NCBI RefSeq assembly: GCF_022539665.2
Contig: NC_081333.1
Location: forward strand, 11,098,001 to 11,162,000
Direction: 5' to 3'
Length of the DNA: 64,000 bases
Source: Daphnia carinata
Lineage: Eukaryota
A program made the translations under genes and the position numbers. Under the pieces are notes generated by a model that saw nothing but the letters and a program-made list of their open reading frames with translations, did not search any database and had not been told where the DNA came from. This document shows positions 47,264-58,143 of this stretch, in pieces (positions within the stretch are counted from its first letter, which is position 1; each line of letters opens with the position of its first letter).

Positions 47264-48875
47264 GACGTCAAATATCTCAACTATCCCACTGAGCTTAAGG
47301 TAGTCACACAGTTTCGCATGTCGGATGACGTTTCAATCAACCGAAAAAAGCACTCACTGCAGGTACCCCTAAAATCCTATTCCTTTATTAGAAAATTAGC
47401 CTAGCATGTTTCTACTGTTATGTCGTTAACTATATCTTGAAAGAACTTATTTTTATCTTTCTGGGCTACATTTGTTTACATGTGACTTGAAACTCGATTG
47501 CGTGTTTGCATACCACAGTTTCTCTTTCGAGTAAGGGGGAAAACGAGAAATCATATCGCTCCATAGAGATAACTCAATTGCTATTTGGGCACAATGAAAA
47601 CCAACATTGTTGCTAACTCTACAATAAATTCAAACAAGACTGCATGGAAAATAAGTTTGCAAAAAAAGGATTTTTATTTGCATTTAAGGAATTTTTATGG
47701 AATTTTGAAAACAGGTTATCGTGAAAAACAAAATAATCTGGAAGTTGTTAACGGGAAAAAGGAATTTTGATGACAGTGACTTGCTTGTCATTCTTATCTT
47801 TTATCTCGTAACTCATCACGAAAATTCAATATTCTAATGCATTCGGTCACATAGTGAGATCAATATTGCTCAGCACGTAGCGTCTCGGGGTATCGTTGAA
47901 TATCAAATGGATTAGCACAAATTTGAAAATCAAATAGCCCGAATGGTTCGTTGTAAGAAAGCGAGTTAAAGGGTACTGCAACCTCACTCATGACCATTTT
48001 TAGAGCATTACAAAATAATGAATGTGACTAATCGGTAAAACTGTAACAAGACGGAACCAAGCTGGCCATGCCAAAGGTTCTGAATTGATTTACACCATTC
48101 TACACTATCGCGCCGTTTTCGATCTCCGGCGCAGTTTCACAGCTGATTGCTGAAAGAATGGCTTCAAAATTGCCATCTTGGAACTTCGGAACTCCTTAAA
48201 TGCCAAGTGAATTTAACCTTAAGGCAGGCATCTTTTGATTGGTGGTTGTTCATTCGTAAATCATTGATGTTCCCGTCTTTTTTCGTTTATTAAATCAGAT
48301 ACTACACAATAAAGTGCAAATGCAAAAAAACAAAAAACAACAAGACTGTCACATAATTACAAATCATATCCATGGCAATGTTAACCAAAATATGCTGTAA
48401 GAATTGTACAATAATAACGAAGAAAAACATCCAGCACAACAGGTAACGGTCCGTTCGTGCAATAGTAATGGTAACTCTAAGGGTTTGTGTTTGGTGGGTG
48501 ATTAGAGACTCGTGCAGTCTGCTATAAACTTTCTTTAAAAATAAGGCGGAACAGTTTTACCGTCTAAGCTTTTGAGCTGAATTTATTTTTCATTTATAAT
48601 CAAGTTTTTATCATTGATGTAGTTGCCCTTTTATTATCTTGGCAAAACTGAAAAGTCTTTCTGTGGGCTCACATTTGACCTTTGCAAGGTCTTGATTTGG
48701 GGGAAGGCTATAACCTATGGCAATCCGTTTTACCCAAAAAAAAAAAAAAATTTTGGCCTTTTTTTTCTTTTTTACAGCTATGGCCATCTAGCGGCAGATT
48801 CCTGTTTAATTTTCTCATTCATTCCTTCAGACATGGATTGTATATTAATATTTTAAGATTTAAATCCTTTTATAG

Positions 48876-50335
48876 ATTGTCACATCAGTGAGCAAGGTTC
48901 AGTTTAGGGATTGAGAGCCCTCAGCGACTATAACACCTAGCCCATATTCAAATTGTAGCACTTGATTGCTGCCACTGATTCTTCAAAATGCCTATCTTGT
49001 ATGGAATGCTTGACAGCCAAATGGTACTCTGACGTCACATAAATATCAATTGTTTACTTTATTTACATTTATTAAAAATTTTTGAAGGAATGATTTAAAC
49101 AAATGCCAAAGGTGAGACATGCTGGAAAAGCTTGATATGAATGTGTAGACGTAGTTTTGGAATTCAGAGGTGCAGCTGGCTGTTGGGTAAAACTTCATTT
49201 AAATTTTGTTTCAATTCAATATGTTTTAGTTACTATTTGTGTGATTACGCAAAGGATTGCGCCATCTAGGCAATGTGGATATTCTGCCATGTACATGATA
49301 AACCGAGGATTCTTCGTCAACATGCAAGATGTGACTCACTGGTAATGCTTTTCTGCTGAGTTTGTTTAGTTTTCTAGTTTTAATCGTCAATGTTGTATTA
49401 GTAAACTACTGTTGGCGGAAAAGCTGATACATTGGGAAAACGGTTATGGCAAGTGCGATGAATAAATCACCATAGGTCAGTTGTCTTGCCTTCACAATTG
49501 CAACGAAGATGAATCATGGAGTCAAAAACATTAAAAGGTGGTACTATTTTAAATTTTTTAATTGTTTTAATTGGTGTATCGCTAAGTGCTGATACATGTG
49601 TAGAACATGCTGGAATTCATGTCATCCTGGAGAGGACTAAAAAAAACGAGCTTTATCCACGAAGCAGTTCATTAATCATGTCCCAAACGATTGTCTGCGT
49701 CAGCCAGCAATCTTTCAATGGCTAACAAGCATTTAATAATTTTGAAAATCGCGGTTTGCACTCCCTAAGGCGACATTCCTTAATCCTCACTTGTCAATAG
49801 ATTTGAGTGCAACCATTTCTATTCTGAACTGTCGCCTACGAAATTCTTTTTCCATAAAATCAGGTGATATGATGTTATAATGGAAATTGTTGTCAAGACT
49901 GCCGATACCAGGTACATTGTTTATCTTAACGTTTAGTGATCAAAACAACCAACTTTGTAACCTATCTGTTTTTTATGGTGCATGGAACGTCCAACCGGAA
50001 AGCCCATAGAAGATCTCTGTGTCCAACACGAAGGGTTCTTCCAAACTTTCGTATTCAAGTTTTGGCTATGGTAATCATTTGCAACTGCATAGCCTTTTAG
50101 AAGCTCCTGCCAGGAATCTACAGGAATATGGCAGATGATGAATTTACGTACCATGTAAGCGATATCAATAAGAACGTCTTATGCTTATCTATGTTTTATT
50201 TTCTTAATTTAGATTAATAGCAATAGTGAACCTGCGAAGGTTTCTGGTTGGGATGTGATAACGAAAAGTTATAATAATTTGAAGTACGGAATTGAATTTC
50301 CCTCCATCAGTCGCCTGTGTATTCCCGCGTATTAC
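48876..50335 (+). pseudogene. Heavily decayed multi-exon gene; last two exons paralogous to the 52080-53567 gene
   Basis: CIAF*KLL...H|INSNSEPAKVSGW versus CMAFPKLL...H|VNSNIGSEKILGW, with a similar intron at the same position. The 5' boundary is approximate. Confidence 0.5.
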
Positions 50336-50349
50336 GGTATTAATTATTT

Positions 50350-50737
50350 AAAAATTGAAGTGCATATCTGGGCTCCCTTCCTTTCCGTAGCCCCGTTTCC
50401 CCTTGACTCGTAATAAGCCCGTAGGGGGTCATGCCCCTACTGTACGGTATATATAAAAACAACATATACCGAGGTTTGGAGGGCTCTGGCCGGAAAGGGG
50501 ACGTGGGGGTCCGCTTAGTCCGATGATGTGTTCACGGAGGGCGACGTGGCTACACACAAATCCGAACTAAAGGTTAATCGCTCCAGTAAAAATGTTCCAT
50601 ATCTTCGGCTCTTCTTCCGGCTTCTCTTAGCCAATCACCGGGTAATCTCCCCGGTGGGTCAACAAGGCAGTGTCTCCCCCTGCCTGGGTTGACGGCAACT
50701 TTTGAAAGGGCTATTGTGCCTTTTTAAAGTTGCAAAA
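50350..50737. repeat. Left arm of ~390 bp near-identical inverted repeat, hairpin-rich
   Basis: Reverse complement of 51672-52060 with fewer than ~10 differences by eye. Confidence 0.95.
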
Positions 50738-50942
50738 TCATTTATATGTGCAGAGTAATGTCAATACAATTTATTTTTTTTAAACAAAAAAAGCAAATCT
50801 TGTGTTTTCAACTTTATTCTTACTGTGCGCTGTTTTTTCCTTGCTTTTTTTTTTCCACACATGTAGCCATAATGTATGTATTATCCTGGTTATTGATACA
50901 TACCTGAGAGCCTTATTTGTTTTGATTGCGCTTTCAATTTTG

Positions 50943-51011
50943 ACTTATTGGGAATCGAACCCTGGATATTCGGCATACCGCGCCAATGCTCTACCAATGA
51001 GCCATGAATCC
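50943..51011 (-). pseudogene. Degenerate tRNA-like sequence
   Basis: A-box TGGCTCATTGGTAGAGC, stem TTGGC/GCCGA around a 7-nt loop, B-box GGTTCGATTCC; acceptor stem not intact. Confidence 0.65.
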
Positions 51012-51144
51012 ATGAAAGCCGGCGCTATGAAAGTTGGCTTTTTTCTTGTCACTTACGGACTTACATTTACACTTAGAATAAAATTGCAATGTAATGCTGC
51101 AATATATTTTTCTATAATTATTCTGCTTCAATTTTTATACATCA

Positions 51145-51208
51145 ACTGAGGTTTGAACCCAGGGTAACAAATATCGCAGCTAAACGCTCTACCACAGAGC
51201 TATAGCCC
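51145..51208 (-). pseudogene. Degenerate tRNA-like sequence
   Basis: TAGCTCTGTGGTAGAGCG ... CTGGGTTCAAACCTCAG (A- and B-box like); anticodon arm disrupted. Confidence 0.6.
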
Positions 51209-51305
51209 TTATGAAACAAATAGACAGATAAACATATAGTTGTGAAAGACTGCATAAGCATCATTGACGATAACATTTGATATGCGATAATAAAACATTT
51301 AGATA

Positions 51306-51376
51306 TATCTCGTGGCTCAACGCTAGAGCATCGGCGTTGCACGCTGAATGTCAGGGGATCGGTTCCCATACGAGTA
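51306..51376 (+). pseudogene. Degenerate tRNA-Ala(TGC)-like sequence
   Basis: TGGCTCAACGCTAGAGC, anticodon arm TCGGC-GTTGCAC-GCTGA, mutated T-loop GGATCGGTTCC, partial acceptor pairing CTCG/CGAG. Confidence 0.6.
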
Positions 51377-51671
51377 AAATAAAATACAAAATTACTTCAA
51401 AAAATATCCAGGTATTACGCGTTGTTCCTTGAATCTAAGTTGAAGAATTCAAATAATGTAATAAATAATAACTGAATACTTACAGATAAACGATAAACCA
51501 ATGGAAACAATGCTTACCATCAAAGGTGCAAAAACAATAACAAATAAAGCAAACAAAATTAAAAAAAAGTTGATAAATGTAATGTGTGAACACAGAAAAT
51601 GAAGGAAACAAATTTTGCAAAAAAAAAAAAAAAAAAAAATTTATTGACAATTCTCTGCACATTTCAATTAT

Positions 51672-52060
51672 TTTTGCAACTTTAAAAAGGCACAATAGCC
51701 CTTTCAAAAGTTGCCGTCAACCCAGGCAGGGGGAGACACTGCCTTGTTGACCCACCGGGGAGATTACCCGGTGATTGGCTAAGAGAAGCCGGAAGAAGAG
51801 CTGAAGATTTGGAACATTTTTACAGGAGCGATTAACCTTTAGTTCGGATTTGTGGGTAGCCACGTCGCCCTCCGTGAACACATCATCGGACTAAGCGGCA
51901 CCCCACGTCCCCTTTCCGGCCAGAGCCCTCCAAACCTCGGTATATGTTATTTTTATATATACCGTACAGTAGGGGCATGACCCCCCTACGGGCTTATTAC
52001 GAGTCAAGGGGAAACGGGGCTACGGAAAGGAAGGGAGCCCAGATATGCACTTCAATTTTT
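51672..52060. repeat. Right arm of ~390 bp inverted repeat
   Basis: Reverse complement of 50350-50737. Confidence 0.95.
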
Positions 52061-52079
52061 TGAATATAAAATACCGTCT

Positions 52080-53567
52080 CGGGAATCCGAATGAAGTATA
52101 GAAATATCATGTCATCCATCCAAGCATTACAATTTATTCAGTGTCATGCCCCAACCAAGAATTTTTTCAGATCCAATGTTACTATTAACCTACACTGAGA
52201 AAAGAAAAACAAAACACCATTAAGCATCTCAATTGTTGCTCATGTGACTTACATGACTCATAGATTCAACTTCTGACAGAAGCTTGGGAAAGGCCATACA
52301 AACTGTAGATGAAAATCATTGTATAAAGGCTCATGAATGATAAAATAGCAGCCCTAGAATGTTGGATTGTTGATAGTTGTGTTCCCAGTATGCTGAAAAT
52401 CCTTTCCTATTGGATAATTTTTTTTTTGTAGATTAGACATGGTTGGCAAAAAGGAGGAGAAAAGCTTCATCATAAATTCAAAAATTTTTCAAGAAAATTC
52501 CTTTCATACCTAAAGAGTCCATGTATGATGTTCATCACTGCAATGCCAGTGAAGTGAAACATTTTTAGGGCCATTTAAGTACCCAGCTTCACCAACACTC
52601 TGAGCATAAAGGACAGGTTGTTCTTTAGCAAGGGAAGCAGAATTATTTGAGGCTTCTAGCTGTGACAGAACTATAAAGGATTGCTGTTATACAGGATTCA
52701 TTCACACAAGATGGTACTTCTCATTAGACAATGTGCATACTCATCTCTCACAATTACTTTACCTCATACCTTAATGGTAAATCCACTCTGTGTTTTTTCA
52801 ACTGTAGGCTGACTCTTCCATCTTGTAACACTTCCAGACTTGACTTGATCCCCTGCTAAAATTCTGTGAATGCAAAATAAGAGCATTAAAAATACTTTTT
52901 CGATAGACAAAAAACCGAAAAGTACCTAATCAATGTTTTATGTTGAACTCGTGCCATATCTCGGTTTCCGTACCAAACCCATTTTTGGCCCAAATACGGT
53001 CCCACAATTGTTCAATTCCTTCGCTGCATGGACTTATTACTAATGATTCTTTTAGTGCAGCACTAACAGAATTTAAATTTAACACACTGTCAGGTGGTAG
53101 ACTGAATGACTAAACAATAAATAATTGTTTGTTAAAATTCTATACTTATTTTGAATTCTTATTTGAAAAGTTTAGGTACCTGACTGTGTTCGCCTAATGC
53201 CAACTCATCCTCACGTTCAGTTAGGGAAGAGTTTTGAAAAACCTCCTTCACTGTTTGGAAACTGTTCCGTTCCAATTTGTTATTTTCCCCTAGCTGAGCT
53301 TGTAGACTCAAAATTTGAGCTACAAAACACAAATGAATAAAAGCAAATAAATAGAATCATTACGTATTAGGCCTTACCATCCTTAGCTTTGCTGTTATCT
53401 AATATTTTGTGTTGTTCCAATAATTGGGCCTGCAGCTTCATAATTTGATCTAATAAACAATAATTAATAATTGAAAACCAATATAATAATGTTGATACTT
53501 ACCATCCTTTTCTTGTATTATCTTATCCATTTTTCAATTGTTCCTCCAGCCACGCGTTATTCTCCAT
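52080..53567 (-). pseudogene. Multi-exon disrupted gene of unknown family with a coiled-coil N-terminus
   Basis: About 8 exons with GT-AG introns; spliced reading MDKIIQEKDDQIMKLQAQLLEQHK...KDAQILSLQAQLGE...EQLWDRIWAK, followed by A-run frameshifts and stops. Confidence 0.6.
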
Positions 53568-53752
53568 CCACGCTACTAAACTAACTGCGAATGGCATCCA
53601 ATGGACTGAAATTGCATACGCCAGTAATAACGAGTCTGAGCGGTAGATGGCAACGTGTCGGAAAAAAAGAAAAAAGTGTGATTTTTTTTTTTTTGGCGAA
53701 ATTTTTTTTTTTTGTGTAAAACGGATTGCCATATGCGGGTTTCATATTTGTT

Positions 53753-53835
53753 TATGGCAATCCGTTTTACCCAAAATAAAAATAAAAAATATTGGCCTTT
53801 TTTTCTGTTTTACTGCTATCGTCATCTACCGGTCA
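53753..53835 (+). mobile_element. Third copy of the TATGGCAATCCGTTTTACCC terminus (left end of a neighbouring, truncated copy)
   Basis: Direct match to 48716-48795 over ~80 bp; partner end not found in the window. Confidence 0.7.
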
Positions 53836-54059
53836 CGTTTCTAGTTAATTCTCTACATACACTGACCGAAATTAATTTTAAGCCCGACTAAATAAGGCCG
53901 ACTTTTCTCGGTCGGGCTTAAAAATTTTTTCAGGTTCACAATACTGTCTTTAACCACTACGTATTTCCTTTTAAATCTTTACTATCGATTTTTACTCAAA
54001 TTTGTGATAATAACAAGTTGATTGTTCAATAGCAAACAACAAGAAAGGTCAGCTTAAAA

Positions 54060-56034
54060 CAACATGGTCTCCGCGAGTTGACTCGACCGTTCGGGTTCCC
54101 AGCGGCACCCCCATTCTTGCGTTTTGATTGGCTCTCCAGCTTTGATGCCAGTGGCAACCACCACTGAAAGAAAGCAAGCTGTTGATGTGTCGTCTGCTTG
54201 TGCCGTCTGCGTGTCGTCTGCATCGATTTTAATTTTCAAAATAATTCAATTTTCAAATCACAAAATTACTAATCAAAAATCATAAAACGTTCCTGATATT
54301 AACACTGACATCTTTAACTACAACCCCTTGGATTCGACGGTAAGCGACTTTTTTGTTTCCGGTGAACCATGATAATGTAAGTAGTTGTAATAATAATGTA
54401 AAGACTGTAAATATTTGAATATGAAAATAAACCGAATGAAAAAAATTTCTTTTTCTTTTTGTATTATAATAACGATAAGCCTATAATAAGATAAATATAG
54501 AATCGTAAAACTGTTTTTAATTTAATTGACGTTGATAATAATAGAAAATTTAAAAATTGCGCCTAAAAATAATGGCACCCGTTTTCTCAATTGTGATTGG
54601 TTGTTTGTAATTTAGTATTTCCTTAACTAATTTGATAAATTTTTGTTGTTTAATACCCACGAAAACATTCCTCGTGAAACAAGGAATCTAGATATTACCT
54701 TTATAACATATAATAAGCCTAAAGAATGCCTAAACGAAGGGCCCAAAGTTTTCGGTTTTTCATAGTTTCCCCTCCTCCCATACACCGTCCAAAAATTAAA
54801 TATTTATTAATGGAAAAACTATTGGTCTAAAAAGAATAATTCTAATTGCAATGAATAGCCCATTCAATGGGCTATTCATTGCAAATCAAATCATAGCATA
54901 TCAGCATATTCATAGCTGTAGATTTTCAGCCGCAGGGTTCTATTTCAGCTATTTATGCGAATGCCAATTGAAGGAACTGTTTAGTGTTCACCCTCAATGG
55001 ACTCGCTGTGACAGCCAATGCTATTTTCGAAACATTGTAAATTTTTACCGTTAGATTCACAAAAATCGCTAAAATTTAATGCAGTTTGATTTCCATCACA
55101 AAAAAAATATAAAAAATTTTATTTGCAAAGTTTTGCGATCCAAAGATGTAATAGACCCAAACGATAAAACGACAAAAAATCTTTCGTTCCAGAAATTTTT
55201 TGATTACCGAAATCCTACTTTTAATGTTACAGAATTAGAAAGCTCATACTAAGAGCTATTCGTTGAAATGAAAATGATTCATTTCAGACCGATAGTTTTT
55301 CCATTAATAAATATTTAATTTTTGGACGGTGTATGGGAGGAGGGGAAACTACGAAAAAATCGACAACTTTGGGCCCTTCGTTTAGGCATTCTTTTCGTTT
55401 AGGCTTATGATATGTTATTAAGGTATTATCTCGATTCCTTGTTTCACGAGGAATGTTTTCGTGGGTATTAAACAACAAAAACCTATCAAATTAGTTAAGG
55501 AAATACTAAGTTACAAACAACCAATCACAATTGAGAAAACGGGTGCCATTATTTTTAGGCGCAATTTTTAAATTTTCTATTATTATCAGCGTAAATAAAA
55601 TTAAAAAACAGTTTTACGATTCTATATTTATCTTATTGTATAGGCTTATTGTTATTATAATACAAAAAAAAAGAAAATTTTTCATTCGGTTTATTTTCAT
55701 ATTCAAATACTTACAGTCTTACATTATTATTACAACTACTTACATTATCACGGTTCACCGGAAACAAAAAAATCGCTTACCGTCGAGTCCAAGGGGTTGT
55801 AGTAAAAGATGTCAGTGTTGATATCAGGAACGTTTTATGATTTTTGTTAGTAATTTTGTGATTTGAAATTGAATTATTTTGAAAATTAAAATCGATGCAG
55901 ACGACACATCAACAGCTTGCTTTCTTTCACTGGTGGTTGCCACTGGCATCAAAGCTGGAGAGCCAATCAAAACGCAAGAATGGGGGTGCCGCTGGGAACC
56001 CGAACAGTCGAGTCAACTTGCGGAGACCATGTTG
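54060..56034. mobile_element. Non-autonomous foldback DNA transposon with ~760 bp TIRs and 8-bp TSD (P-element/hAT-like ends)
   Basis: Termini CAACATGGTCTCCGC...GCGGAGACCATGTTG; arms ~54060-54828 and ~55285-56034; flanks GCTTAAAA (54052-54059) and GCTTAGAA (56035-56042). Confidence 0.88.
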
Positions 56035-58143
56035 GCTTAGAACAAGGACACGGTAGGATTCCCTAAAAGTCCGAAACGAGCGCCACGAGTAATGTGGCCC
56101 ATATCTGTAGTTTACCTTGTTCTTTTGCAGTCGTCTCATAGCGGTCAGATTCAGTTCAAGGGTTAATTTTGAATACATTTATGTATATTGAATTTTGTTT
56201 ATATTCATCACATACACTGGGAATTCAACGACCTGTTTATGTAGCTGTTAGGAGTAGATTAACTCAATCTTAGTTTTCTCTGTCGTCAAAAAAGTAAGTA
56301 ATTAGCACAAACAATTTCTCCGATTCCTGCAGAGAATGATACAGATCGAGTCGCTTAGGATAGCCCTTGATGTTATTGTGATAATCAATTTTGGTTTTTG
56401 TGCAATTTGTCTACTGTTAAAACACATAGATTAATAATTGCTTTTGAATATTCTCCTCGCAGTGACAATTACCCTATTCGAATTAGTTTTGATACAACAG
56501 ACTAACTAAACATTTGTTGTGTTGTTAGGGGTAGCTCAGGCGATACGCAAGGATTACAAAGACAGCCTGTAGTTGATAATTTCGAATTCCTTAGCGCCGA
56601 TAACTTCGGAGGAAATTAAATCACCGGGACAAAAAGGTACGTGAAAGATTAACACATGCGGCAAGAATTGAGGGTACATGAACTCGATTTAAAAAACAAA
56701 ACAGGATTGGAATATAGAGTGCATAACAGTGATAGTGTGACTAATCAAAACCTAGCGAAAATGTTTTAAAATTATGTTTAAAGTTTCTTGCTTCCTTCAT
56801 CATCTGTCGCTTGTCTGGGAGGCCGAACTACAGGAGCTGTTCCAATATAGTATCTGTTAGAAATGTAGAAATAAGTCAAAAGCTTTCGCTGATTTGAATG
56901 CCATCTCGTCCCTTAAATAACAAAACCTCTGTAATTATTGAACATGTTTATGCTATGCATATGATACGAGCAACTTTTTACCTCATTGTTTTCTGGCTGG
57001 GATCTGCTTCCGTCCTTAACAAAGAAATTTTGTTCATTAGCGAATTGGTTGCGCTGGGGTTGTATAAGGTACATGTCAGACTAAGTCGTTCAACTAGTAC
57101 TGATATTATCCTGACACATCCTAACACATATTTACAGATACATTAGAAAATTACAAAGATTAGAATCACTTTGAGTTAAATAGATTTCGAGCTTAAATTT
57201 TGCAAAGTACAACTAACAACAACATTGAATACAAATCAGAAACCAACATACCTGACGAGCGACGCGTCCAAAGGTGGTGCCAATGCAACAGTTGCAATGG
57301 AAGATCCTTGTAAGACTGTGAACTGTGGTATTGGCTACCGCCTTATATACACGTCCACACGTTCCACGTCCTGTCTTTCCCGTAATAAACGTCTAGGGTA
57401 GGGATGCAATTCTGAAGGTCGATAGCCGCAAGATAAACTTTATTTCCACGTGAACTCTGTTAGATGACCGTTCCCCCTCGATGAACTCAAACTCTTGCAC
57501 CTAAAATAGATGAACAACCTTGGGCAATTCAAATAAAGAATCAAAACGCCATTTTGTCCTTTCCAGCTCAGTAGCTCACGCACCTGCACAATATGCACTA
57601 GTGTAGTTTTATCGCATTGATTACCGATGTAGTAATTCACACTTTCTCACATACATTAATTTTGCGAACACCAGTTGGATACCTTTTGTAATTTGTGGTT
57701 ACACCAATCACGTACTAAAAAAGCACTGCATCAGCACTTGGTCTTGCCTCTGCACTAGTTTAGTTTACTTGCATATATGTATTTCACTGGGTCGTATAGC
57801 TAAGTCATTGCTTTTGCACAACATTACCCTGGCCATTTCACTTCACTATTTCATGCATTATTTAGCAGTAGCAATAATTGCTCGCAAACCATGTCTCTAT
57901 AATGAACACAATGTTTGACCATGTCACACAATTTCCAAATGCCCCGTCAATCCCACCGACCTCCCGACTACTAATACTAACGAACTATTGTTAATAATAA
58001 ATGTTTTTTTTTTCAGGAACTTACTATAAAATGTGGTTGTTATTTCTGTCTGTGATGCCTGTTAGGTTTAAGCTGCAACTTGTCGTTATCTAATTATTCA
58101 AAAGCATTTTTTTTGTTTTGTCTTTTCGTTTCTGTGCGATCAG

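Larger units (their letters stand above)
48716..53733. mobile_element. ~5 kb DNA-transposon-like element with TIRs TATGGCAATCCGTTTTAC...GTAAAACGGATTGCCATA and internal mirror symmetry; no recognisable transposase
   Basis: 18-bp perfect terminal inverted repeat plus weaker subterminal similarity. TAYGG termini recall IS3EU and AT|GG..CC|AT recalls ISL2EU (both from memory). No 6-bp TSD is visible, so the two ends may not come from one insertion. Confidence 0.6.

Noticed and set aside
51672..52060. Telomerase RNA, 7SK, SRP RNA, RNase P/MRP or hammerhead ribozyme
   Set aside because: Only a 6-nt TAACCT match to a TTAGG template; no GATC-GATC stem, SRP or RNase P motifs, or CUGAUGA/GAAA core; internal T-runs argue against a Pol III transcript.
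48716..53733. Fanzor/TnpB plus omega-RNA interpretation of gene followed by structured block
   Set aside because: The position is suggestive, but no RuvC catalytic motifs or CxxC zinc ribbon are visible in the reconstructed exons.
53859..53925. CACTG start plus TTTTAAGCCCGAC/GTCGGGCTTAAAA hairpin as a CACTA-type terminus
   Set aside because: No matching right end or TSD found in the window.
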